Origin: Gammaproteobacteria bacterium
GTDB lineage: Bacteria; Pseudomonadota; Gammaproteobacteria; Eutrophobiales; Eutrophobiaceae
Direction: 5' to 3'
Length of the DNA stretch: 64,000 nucleotides
NCBI GenBank assembly: GCA_026710545.1
Contig: JAPOQU010000055.1
Location: 41,312-105,311 of the forward strand
The translations under genes and the position numbers were made by a program. Under the pieces are notes generated by a model that saw only the letters and a list, made by a program, of their open reading frames with translations, did not search any database and was not told the DNA's origin. This document shows positions 9,686-17,969 of the stretch, in pieces (the stretch's first letter is position 1; each line of letters starts with the position of its first letter).

Positions 9686-9702
9686 GTTTAAATAATTTAA
9701 AC
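9686..9702. promoter_or_regulatory. perfect palindrome GTTTAAATAATTTAAAC (7-3-7), 12 bp after the regulator stop
   Basis: Seen directly. AT-only, so not an intrinsic terminator. Candidate UAS/IHF-type site ~90 bp upstream of the sigma54 promoter. Confidence 0.35.
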
Positions 9703-9789
9703 TTCCATTGAAAATGGGTGATATCCAAAAATAAGCTTTGTTTAGATAACTACTTGAAAATAAATGAAATAAATATTTGTTGCGAAATG

Positions 9790-9805
9790 TGGCATAGCAT
9801 TTGCT
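9790..9805 (+). promoter_or_regulatory. sigma54 (RpoN) -24/-12 promoter TGGCATAGCATTTGCT
   Basis: GG (9791-92) and GC (9803-04) have exactly the consensus spacing of TGGCAC-N5-TTGCW, with one mismatch. Located 40 bp upstream of the ATG at 9845, with a GAGGAG Shine-Dalgarno in between, and immediately downstream of a sigma54 activator gene. Confidence 0.65.
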
Positions 9806-9844
9806 TTATCAGGGTATGACATCTTAGCCCAGAGGAGAAAAGCG

Positions 9845-10129
9845 ATGACACAGTTTAGAGTTTCAAAAATAATTGACGGGGATACATTCGAAGTGGCAGA
9901 GGGCTGGGAGTGGCATGGCAAAACCGGCTCAAGGGTGCGGCCTACCGGATATAACGCCCCGGAGTTACATACCGCTGCCGGGCAGTTGGCGAAACAAAAG
10001 CTCACAAGATTAATCCAGGGTGAGATAGTTAGTTTTGGAGAGGCTTATAGGATTGACCGTGGCCGTATTGTCTGCGTCGTGTATTATAATGGTCGTAATT
10101 TGGCGGACTATTTCAGAGAGTATCAATAA
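9845..10129 (+). CDS. thermonuclease (SNase/micrococcal nuclease) family protein, short form
   Basis: 94 aa with IDGDTFEV...RPTGYNAPE...GE.V.F...D.RGR.V..VY.NG.N, paralleling the SNase IDGDT / DxPE / YGR motifs. The Ca-binding Asp equivalent to SNase D40 appears replaced by Asn (YNAPE). First gene after the sigma54 promoter. Confidence 0.55.
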   Translation: MTQFRVSKIIDGDTFEVAEGWEWHGKTGSRVRPTGYNAPELHTAAGQLAKQKLTRLIQGEIVSFGEAYRIDRGRIVCVVYYNGRNLADYFREYQ

Positions 10130-10143
10130 CTCTCGCGAGGGAT

Positions 10144-12423
10144 ATGACGAAAGACACCACCAAAGAAACCGATGCTAGGATCGCCATTGATGACTGGCTA
10201 CGTCAGGCAGGTTGGGAGCCTTCAGATAAGTCTCAGGTCCAGACCGAGGTAAAGGCCAGTGGTGGTTTCGGTGGTATAGCTGATCCTGGGAGCGCTAGCG
10301 AACCTGGCGCTCTACATACATCTGATGGGGATGTTTTGCTTAGCGGCCGTGCTGACTACGTTTTGCTCGACCAGCGCGGGCAGCCCCTTGCGGTGGTCGA
10401 GGCAAAAAGGAAGGCCATCCATCCCTATGTAGCCAAACAACAAGCGCTCCCCTATGCCAAACAACTTGGTGCGCCGTTCATCTTTCTGACCAACGGTGAA
10501 CTGATCTACTTCTGGGATTATCAGAACGATGATGCCCGCATCGTCAACTCATTCTTCTCCCGTCGTGACATGGAGCGACTTGTGCATATGCGTAGTGAAC
10601 GCATGCCGCTCGCGACGATTGATATCCCTGACTACTTTACCCGCCAAGGTGAAACTCGCGAATTACGCCCATATCAGCGGGATGCTATGCGGGCTATGGA
10701 TCGCGCATTGGAACTTGGAAAGCGCCGTTTTCTGATCGAGTTGCCCACTGGTACGGGCAAGACCGACCTCATTTGTCAGTACATTCAACGGCTGATGCAG
10801 GCAGGACATGCGGAACGCGTCCTGTTTCTGGTTGACCGGGAACAGCTTGCTAAACAGGCTCTTGAGGCAATCACCGATCTGCTTGGTCATTACAGTCACT
10901 ATTGGCTCAAGCCCGGCATAGTACGCACCGAGCAGCAGATCACTGTTTGCCTGTTGCAAACCATGATCGGCCGTTACCATGAATACACTAGTGGTTATTT
11001 CGATATCGTCATCGCGGACGAATGCCACCGTTCCATATATGGTACCTGGCAGTCGGTATTGACCCATTTCGATGCCATTCATATCGGTTTAACTGCTACA
11101 CCGGCAGCATATATCGAGCGCAATACCTTCAGTTTCTACCAGTGCAAAGATAATACGCCAGATTTTTCTTATCCTATCCAAGACGCTTTCCAAAATGATT
11201 ATCTAGTACCCTACCGCTTCGCCGAAGGTATTACCGAGATAATCGCAGAAGGCGCGGACGTCGATGAGGAGCACTATGACCCCGCCGAGTTCGAGCGTAA
11301 GTGGACCAACGAAAAGACCAATCGTCTGATGATGGAGGAGTTTGACAAGCTGGCTTGGCAGAACTATCAAAGCCTGGCGCCAGGCCAGAAACCCGCACCG
11401 GGGAAGTCCATTGTATTTGCCATCACCAAACACCATGCCGCACGTCTGGCTCAGTATCTCAACGACTTGCATCCAGAATACAACGGACACTATGCTGAGG
11501 TGATCACCAGTGATGTGCAGAATACGGATGAACTGATCCGCAAGTTCAAGCGCGAGGATTACCCGCAAGTAGCCGTGAGTGTCGGTATGCTGGATACTGG
11601 TTTCGATTGCCGTGAGATCCTCCACTTAGTGATGTGTCGACGTGTGCGTAGTCCCATTCTCTATCAGCAGATGCGCGGGCGAGGTACGCGCACAGCACCG
11701 CATATCAGTAAGGGGAAGTTTGTGATTTACGACTTCTTTCGTAACCATCAGTACTTCAACGATAGCGATACAGATATCTTTATCGGTACGGGTACAGGCC
11801 ATGTTCCGACGATCCGTAAACCAAAGAGCATGTCCCAACGTGATCTCATTGAACTGGGGCTCGAAGATGAATGGTTGGAAGCAGTTAACTATGTCGAAGT
11901 GGGGCCCCAAGGAGAGCGCATCGACAAGCGTCAATACGTCACCGACTGGGAAAATACCGTTCGTGATGCCGTTGTGCACGATCCGATTATCAGGAAAATT
12001 CGATCGGGCAATTTGCTCAGTGATGGTGAAGAGCAGCAACTTGCTGTCCGACTCAACCAACCCGAACGCTACTTCAATGAAGAAAACCTGCGTCGTGCCT
12101 ATCGCAATCCGGGCGGCTCGCTGGTGGACTTCATTCGTGCAGCGCTGGGCCAGCAGAAGATCAAGAGCCGCGAAGAAACAGTGGACGAGAACTTCCGAGC
12201 CTGGCTGGTTACCCGCAACCTCAGTGCCGAGCAGGCACAGTACCTGGCTATGCTGAAAAACCGTGGTATTGCACGTGGCAAGCTAGCGCTGGACGATCTG
12301 TTTCAACCGCCACTCTCCATACTCAATGCCGCAAACCTCGGAATAGAATTCTTTGGCGAGCAGGGACTGAAAAAGGTCGTTGATGAAATGAACGATACAT
12401 TATTTAGCAGCGACAATAGATGA
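10144..12423 (+). CDS. hsdR: Type I restriction enzyme R subunit (HsdR), compact 759-aa form
   Basis: N-terminal restriction-endonuclease fold (VLLDQRGQPLAVVEAKRK) followed by SF2 helicase motifs: Q LRPYQRDAMRAM, I LPTGTGKT, II DECHRS, III LTATP. Immediately followed by hsdM and hsdS. Confidence 0.8.
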   Translation: MTKDTTKETDARIAIDDWLRQAGWEPSDKSQVQTEVKASGGFGGIADPGSASEPGALHTSDGDVLLSGRADYVLLDQRGQPLAVVEAKRKAIHPYVAKQQALPYAKQLGAPFIFLTNGELIYFWDYQNDDARIVNSFFSRRDMERLVHMRSERMPLATIDIPDYFTRQGETRELRPYQRDAMRAMDRALELGKRRFLIELPTGTGKTDLICQYIQRLMQAGHAERVLFLVDREQLAKQALEAITDLLGHYSHYWLKPGIVRTEQQITVCLLQTMIGRYHEYTSGYFDIVIADECHRSIYGTWQSVLTHFDAIHIGLTATPAAYIERNTFSFYQCKDNTPDFSYPIQDAFQNDYLVPYRFAEGITEIIAEGADVDEEHYDPAEFERKWTNEKTNRLMMEEFDKLAWQNYQSLAPGQKPAPGKSIVFAITKHHAARLAQYLNDLHPEYNGHYAEVITSDVQNTDELIRKFKREDYPQVAVSVGMLDTGFDCREILHLVMCRRVRSPILYQQMRGRGTRTAPHISKGKFVIYDFFRNHQYFNDSDTDIFIGTGTGHVPTIRKPKSMSQRDLIELGLEDEWLEAVNYVEVGPQGERIDKRQYVTDWENTVRDAVVHDPIIRKIRSGNLLSDGEEQQLAVRLNQPERYFNEENLRRAYRNPGGSLVDFIRAALGQQKIKSREETVDENFRAWLVTRNLSAEQAQYLAMLKNRGIARGKLALDDLFQPPLSILNAANLGIEFFGEQGLKKVVDEMNDTLFSSDNR

Positions 12424-12442
12424 CAGAAGGTGGTAACAACGC

Positions 12443-14095
12443 ATGAACCGCAGTTTACGAAGAAAGCTGGATCACATCACTGATGTCCTCTGGGCAGGTG
12501 GTGTTACTAATCCGGTTACCTATATTGAGCAGATCTCTTATTTGATCTTTCTGAAGTTGTTGGATGAGGAGGAACAGGACCGTGAACTGCGCGTTCGCCT
12601 CAGAGCCGCTAGTGGCAACGCTAAACTGTTGTTCCCCCAGCAGGCCGAACGTTATCGCTGGTCCAAGTGGCGTTTCATGAGCGGACCAGAGCTTCGCGAC
12701 TTCATCCGGGACGAAGTATTCCCTTACTTGGCATCGATAGCCAAAGATGAGCCTGAAGTGGCCGAGTATTTCCGCGATGCCGTGTTGGAGATTGTAGACC
12801 CTAATGTGCTGAAGCAGGTGGTGGACGAGATCGATACTTTCGAATTTCGCAAGCTTGGGCCAGACGTCAAAGGCGATATCTTCGAATATTTATTAACCCA
12901 TCTTGGTCAGTCGTCCCTGAATGGACAGTTTCGCACACCGCGCCAGATCCGTTCTTTCATGGTGGAAATGGTCGATCCAGAACTGGGTGATTCCGTTTTC
13001 GATCCAGCATGTGGAACAGCCGGTTTTCTTATAGACACAGTAGACTATCTGCTTGCTAAGTACAGCGAGACAGTACAAGAATATCCTATCTACGGCGAAG
13101 ACTGGTTGGAGAAGCGTGGACAGACTCTCGCTGAAGCTAGAAAAGAAATACCAAATCTCCAAACCTATCGCAAGGGTACAGGTGAAAAAATTCCAGACTG
13201 GAGCATGCTCGAAGCCTCGATTTTTGGCGTGGATGTTTCTCGTCAGATGATGCGCATAAGCATGATGAATCTCATACTACACAGCGTACGTCGAGCAAGG
13301 CTTAAACGCGGCAATTCATTGTCGGACCACGGAGGACTTACGGAGGAGGATTTATCGCGTCGCTACAAAGTGATACTGTCCAATCCGCCCTTCGCTGGAC
13401 AGATCCCGAAGGATTCCATCCGCTCAGACCTCTACACTAGTTCCAGGAAAAGTGAATTGCTCTTTCTGGGCTTAATGATGGAACATCTCGCCCCAGGTGG
13501 CCGTTGCGCTGTTGTGGTGCCGGAAGGTTTGCTGTTCGGCTCTACCAGCGCGCATAAGAATCTCCGAAAGAAACTTGTTGAGGATTTCGCTCTGCTCGCC
13601 GTGGTTTCTCTGCCAGCGGGTGTGTTTAGACCTTATGCGGGAGTAAAGACCAGCGTGCTGGTTTTCTGCAAACCCCAAAACGGAGGCAAGATAGAGAAAG
13701 CAGAGAAGATTTGGTTCTATGAGGTTTGCAACGACGGCTATGACCCCGACAAGATCTCTGATGGTGGTCGTGTGGAAACCCCCAACCTCAACGAGATTCC
13801 TGACCTACTCGCCAAATGGCAGGAGTACAAAGCATCTAAGTTCGATAATCCGCCTGGTGTGGAAGCCAATAGAATTCTGGAACCGGGGAATGAAATACCG
13901 CGATGTTGGTGGGCGGACGTGAAGACATTGGCGATTAATGATTTTCATTTGGCAGCGGGGCGTTACAAGCCGCAGGTCGCAGAAGCGGTACCAGAAGAAG
14001 ATCCGCTAGAATTAATAAAAGATACTTTAATAGTCGAAAAGGAGCTAACCCGAGGGCTTGAAAGATTGTTGCAAGAATTGGAAGCATCCCAGTGA
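12443..14095 (+). CDS. hsdM: Type I restriction-modification N6-adenine DNA methyltransferase subunit (HsdM)
   Basis: 550 aa; SAM motif I FDPACGTAGFL and catalytic motif IV NPPFAG; HsdM N-terminal domain. Confidence 0.9.
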   Translation: MNRSLRRKLDHITDVLWAGGVTNPVTYIEQISYLIFLKLLDEEEQDRELRVRLRAASGNAKLLFPQQAERYRWSKWRFMSGPELRDFIRDEVFPYLASIAKDEPEVAEYFRDAVLEIVDPNVLKQVVDEIDTFEFRKLGPDVKGDIFEYLLTHLGQSSLNGQFRTPRQIRSFMVEMVDPELGDSVFDPACGTAGFLIDTVDYLLAKYSETVQEYPIYGEDWLEKRGQTLAEARKEIPNLQTYRKGTGEKIPDWSMLEASIFGVDVSRQMMRISMMNLILHSVRRARLKRGNSLSDHGGLTEEDLSRRYKVILSNPPFAGQIPKDSIRSDLYTSSRKSELLFLGLMMEHLAPGGRCAVVVPEGLLFGSTSAHKNLRKKLVEDFALLAVVSLPAGVFRPYAGVKTSVLVFCKPQNGGKIEKAEKIWFYEVCNDGYDPDKISDGGRVETPNLNEIPDLLAKWQEYKASKFDNPPGVEANRILEPGNEIPRCWWADVKTLAINDFHLAAGRYKPQVAEAVPEEDPLELIKDTLIVEKELTRGLERLLQELEASQ

Positions 14096-15348
14096 AGTGG
14101 ACTACTACAACAATACAGCGAGTTTCGCAACAAACACAAGTGTGTAATCCTCGGGAACGTCAAGAAAGTCTGTTTAAGTATATAGATATATCATCAATTG
14201 ACCGCGATAAAAAAATTATTTCGCAGGCACCTGAAATAAAGGGAGCCAAGGCCCCAAGTCGCGCACGGAAAGAAGTAAATGCGGGTGACATCTTAGTATC
14301 CACTGTCAGGCCAAACTTGAATGCTGTGGCAATCGTACCGCCTGAATTGGACAGCCAAATCGCTTCTACTGGTTTTTCAGTCCTGCGTCCGGAAAGTGAT
14401 CTTATAAATGGACGTTATCTGTTTTATTTTGTCCAGACGTCTGGTTTTATTGATGCTTTGACGTCGAAAGTAAGAGGAGCCCATTACCCTGCAGTTTCAG
14501 ATACTGATGTAAAGAATGTTGAGCTTCCATTGCCTACGATAGCCGAACAACATCGCATCGTCGAAATTCTCGATCAGGCCCATGCTCTGCGTAAGAGTCG
14601 CACAAACGCTGACACTAAAGCTGTCCGCATCCTACCTGCATTGTTCTATCAGATGTTTGGCGATCCGTTATTGAATACCAAGGACTTTGAAAGAGTTTGC
14701 CTTGGCGACGCTGGTATTGCTGAGATCAATCCTCGGGCACCATCCCGAGACTTACCTAATGATCTGGAAGTTAGCTTCGTTCCAATGGCTGATGTAAATG
14801 AGGATTGGGGGCAGATTACTGGTTGCCAAATTAAGGAGCTAGGTGAAGTTAAGAAAGGATTTACTTCTTTTTTGGAGAACGATGTTCTATTTGCCAAAAT
14901 CACACCCTGTATGGAAAATGGAAAGGCTGCCATAGCTAGAGGACTCGGTAACGGATTGGGTTATGGTTCCACAGAATTTCATGTATTGCGAGCAGGAGAC
15001 CTGGTTACCCCAGAATGGATTTATGGGTTGACTAGACTGGACATTTTTAGAAATGTCGCAAAAGGAAATTTTATCGGTTCGGTGGGCCAACAGCGAGTAC
15101 CCGCTGACTTTTTGCGCAGTTTTCGCGTTCCTCTCCCTCCAAAAAAATTAATAGAAAAATTTTCAATTGTTGTGCGCGAGCTTCTTCAAGAGAACGATTA
15201 TAGGCGAGAGGCAGAAAAAAGAATTTCACAGTTAGTTCAAATAACAATGCATCATGCGTTTTCAGGAAAGCTGACTGAAGGCTGGCGAAGAGCCCACCTG
15301 AAGGAGGAGTTCCAAGAAATAGAGCACCAAGCGAGAGCAGGTACTTAA
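14092..15348 (+). CDS. hsdS: Type I restriction-modification specificity subunit (HsdS)
   Basis: 418 aa with two target-recognition domains separated by conserved central and distal repeats. Start overlaps the hsdM stop. Confidence 0.85.
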   Translation: MKWTTTTIQRVSQQTQVCNPRERQESLFKYIDISSIDRDKKIISQAPEIKGAKAPSRARKEVNAGDILVSTVRPNLNAVAIVPPELDSQIASTGFSVLRPESDLINGRYLFYFVQTSGFIDALTSKVRGAHYPAVSDTDVKNVELPLPTIAEQHRIVEILDQAHALRKSRTNADTKAVRILPALFYQMFGDPLLNTKDFERVCLGDAGIAEINPRAPSRDLPNDLEVSFVPMADVNEDWGQITGCQIKELGEVKKGFTSFLENDVLFAKITPCMENGKAAIARGLGNGLGYGSTEFHVLRAGDLVTPEWIYGLTRLDIFRNVAKGNFIGSVGQQRVPADFLRSFRVPLPPKKLIEKFSIVVRELLQENDYRREAEKRISQLVQITMHHAFSGKLTEGWRRAHLKEEFQEIEHQARAGT

Positions 15349-15363
15349 GGAATTTTTGAGGAT

Positions 15364-17034
15364 TTGATAATGATAAAAACGCTCTTCACCGGCAACTTCA
15401 AAGCCTTCGCCGAGACCCAACGAATTCCAATCAGACCGATTACAATGATCTTTGGTCCAAATAGCGCTGGTAAATCGAGCTTCATCCATAGCTTAGCGCT
15501 AGCGAGCGAAGCCGAGCGTACCGGACGGTTGGATGTATTCAAAACTGAGGTCGGCGGTAGTGCCATCGACCTGGGTGGATTCCGGCAGTACATCCATCGT
15601 GGCGAGGCAAAGCGTCGAATGGAATGGGGTGCAGAGTTAGATGTGTCATCACTTCAGGGTCGGCTAGAGGAACTTCTGGCTCCAGTCAATACGCTCAAAG
15701 TGGTTATGTTCACAGGTGTGGCACTGGACAACGAAGAACGACCGTTAGTAAGCGCCGAACCGGCTGTTACAGGATACGAGTTATTCGGAGATGACCAACT
15801 CCTATTGCGCATGAGTCGTCGGCCGGATGGGAAACTGCGGCTGGACCGGCTGAACCACGAGCACTTGGTCTTTCGTGAGGTTCTTAAGGCTATCGTCACT
15901 ACTGCAACCACAACGAACACTGTTACAAAGGAGGATTTCGAGGGGATTGACGACGTCATCAACGTTATGGTGCCTCGACTGAGTATAGGGGTGACTAAAC
16001 TGTTCCCCGAAGGGCTGACTGATCGGCGTGTCGATAATGAGGAACAGGAGCAAGCCACATTGTTTCCGGTTAGCAAGGGCAATCGGAGTGAGGACCTTGC
16101 TAATGCGATCAATTTCTTTCTGCCAAAGACACTTGATGAACTCATCATGGGGACTAGCCAGATTCTGGCGCAGGAACTCAAGAAACTGCAATACCTTGGT
16201 CCTCTCCGTTCTTTTCCGCCCCGGCACTTGGCCTTTTCGGAACACGAGGACGCAAACTGGTACGCAGGTGGCGGTTACGCTTGGGATATTGTACGCAGGG
16301 ACGACACGGTTCGCTCTGCGGTCAATGAATGGCTGGGATCGGAGGTATTGAAGACACCGTATGAACTTGTAGTCCGTCAGTTGGTGGGTATCAGCGATTT
16401 AGATCCTGTATTGGAGGAAGGCCTTGAGACGATCATTGATGACGGGGTGGAAATTGAGCATGAGCCGGAGTCCGAGTATACGGGTGGCGGAGCCTATCCG
16501 ATACTCCGGGATTCGGAGGCAGAGGCACGTCGTCTTCAAGAGTTGATCCAGACGTCCGATTTGAAAAAGCTCAAGGAGCTGGTCCTTATTGACAGACGAT
16601 CCAATACGGTGGTGTCACACCGTGATGTGGGGATCGGTATTACCCAGGTACTGCCTGTGCTTGTGTTGGCCTATGCATCTACAGACAAATTGATCGCCAT
16701 GGAGCAGCCGGAAATTCACCTACACCCTGCGCTACAGGCAGAGTTAGGTGACGTATTCATTAATTCGGCGTTGGGAGGGCGCGGCAATCGATTCATACTG
16801 GAAACTCACAGTGAGCACCTCCTTTTACGTATTATGCGTCGTATGCGAGAAACAGATGAACAAATGTTACCGGAAGGCACTAAGCCGATACATCCTGAAG
16901 ATGTGATGGTTCTTTACGTCGAGCCAGATGGTGGTCGTAGTATTGTGCGCGAGATGCCATTGAATGCCCGGGGCGAACTGGTAAAAGCGTGGCCAGGCGG
17001 TTTCTTCGAAGAAGGTCTACGGGAGATATTCTAA
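15364..17034 (+). CDS. ABC-type (AAA_21/AAA_15-like) ATPase, first gene of a two-gene module
   Basis: 556 aa. Walker A FGPNSAGKSS at residues ~29-38; Walker B/D-loop LIAMEQPEIHLHP; H-loop ETHSEHLL near the C-terminus, with a long inserted region between. This is the architecture of ATPases from OLD/Septu/AbiL/PARIS-type defence modules. Starts 16 bp after the hsdS stop. Confidence 0.8.
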   Translation: MIMIKTLFTGNFKAFAETQRIPIRPITMIFGPNSAGKSSFIHSLALASEAERTGRLDVFKTEVGGSAIDLGGFRQYIHRGEAKRRMEWGAELDVSSLQGRLEELLAPVNTLKVVMFTGVALDNEERPLVSAEPAVTGYELFGDDQLLLRMSRRPDGKLRLDRLNHEHLVFREVLKAIVTTATTTNTVTKEDFEGIDDVINVMVPRLSIGVTKLFPEGLTDRRVDNEEQEQATLFPVSKGNRSEDLANAINFFLPKTLDELIMGTSQILAQELKKLQYLGPLRSFPPRHLAFSEHEDANWYAGGGYAWDIVRRDDTVRSAVNEWLGSEVLKTPYELVVRQLVGISDLDPVLEEGLETIIDDGVEIEHEPESEYTGGGAYPILRDSEAEARRLQELIQTSDLKKLKELVLIDRRSNTVVSHRDVGIGITQVLPVLVLAYASTDKLIAMEQPEIHLHPALQAELGDVFINSALGGRGNRFILETHSEHLLLRIMRRMRETDEQMLPEGTKPIHPEDVMVLYVEPDGGRSIVREMPLNARGELVKAWPGGFFEEGLREIF

Positions 17035-17036
17035 GG

Positions 17037-17969
17037 ATGTTGCTCGCTGAGTATGCGATAACTCCAGACGTATTTGATGCGACGTCCTATGTCAACGAGG
17101 ATCTATGTGCTGCACGATTGGAGCTCATTCGCGAGGTAATGTTAAATGAGGGCGTGATACGCGATCTTAGAAATGGAAGCTGGTCTAACTTGTTCAGAAG
17201 TGACCATCGCTCCTGGCATCGTAGAGCTAAGGAGCTTGCCAAAAAGCTAGCCTCACAAAATAGATTAAGACCCTTTGTGCCACAGCTGGCAGTGAAGCCA
17301 TCCGTAGATTCAGAGTGGTGTGATGAGGCGTTGGTTACTCATGGGATCGAACCCTTGACAGGTATCATTGTAACGGACACGATTTCAGACGGCTACATAG
17401 GGAATCCCCTTGTTTCAAGGGTCGATAGATTGAACAGCGCTCCATGGTGGAGCGGAAGAAAACCATCCATGCGCCTCAATAGAACATTTACAGATTATCT
17501 AAACGCATTGTCATTGGTACTGAGACATGCCAACTCCATTATGTTTATTGACCCGCATATAGATCCGACTCAGCCCAAGTACAATGATTTTATTGAATTG
17601 ATAAAGAGAGCGGGCAATCGCAACCCATTACCATTGATTGAGATTCATCGAGTTTGTTATCGTGGCTCGGGACAACATAGGAAGATATTAGATCTTCAAC
17701 AATTGGAGGCTAGTTTCAGAAATGAACTTACCCAACCACTGCAGAGAGTGGGCTTGACTGCTGAAATTTTTGTCTGGGATGATTTTCATGACAGATATGT
17801 CTTAAGTAATCTAGTAGGAATTGCGCTCCTTAATAGTCTCGATACAACAATTATGCAAAATTCAACAACGACCTGGACTCGTTTAGGCCACAAAGACAGG
17901 GATGATGTGCAAAGAGAATTTGACCCAGCAAGTAATCAGCATAAATTAAAGAAGAAGTTCGCAATTTGA
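17037..17969 (+). CDS. hypothetical protein (311 aa), partner of the ABC ATPase
   Basis: ATG 2 bp after the ATPase stop, so translationally coupled. The longest ORF is 16989-17969. Acidic clusters (IMFIDPHIDP, VWDDFHDRY) could belong to a metal-dependent nuclease (TOPRIM/DUF4435-like?), but I cannot assign a domain from sequence. AT-rich. Confidence 0.6.
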   Translation: MLLAEYAITPDVFDATSYVNEDLCAARLELIREVMLNEGVIRDLRNGSWSNLFRSDHRSWHRRAKELAKKLASQNRLRPFVPQLAVKPSVDSEWCDEALVTHGIEPLTGIIVTDTISDGYIGNPLVSRVDRLNSAPWWSGRKPSMRLNRTFTDYLNALSLVLRHANSIMFIDPHIDPTQPKYNDFIELIKRAGNRNPLPLIEIHRVCYRGSGQHRKILDLQQLEASFRNELTQPLQRVGLTAEIFVWDDFHDRYVLSNLVGIALLNSLDTTIMQNSTTTWTRLGHKDRDDVQREFDPASNQHKLKKKFAI

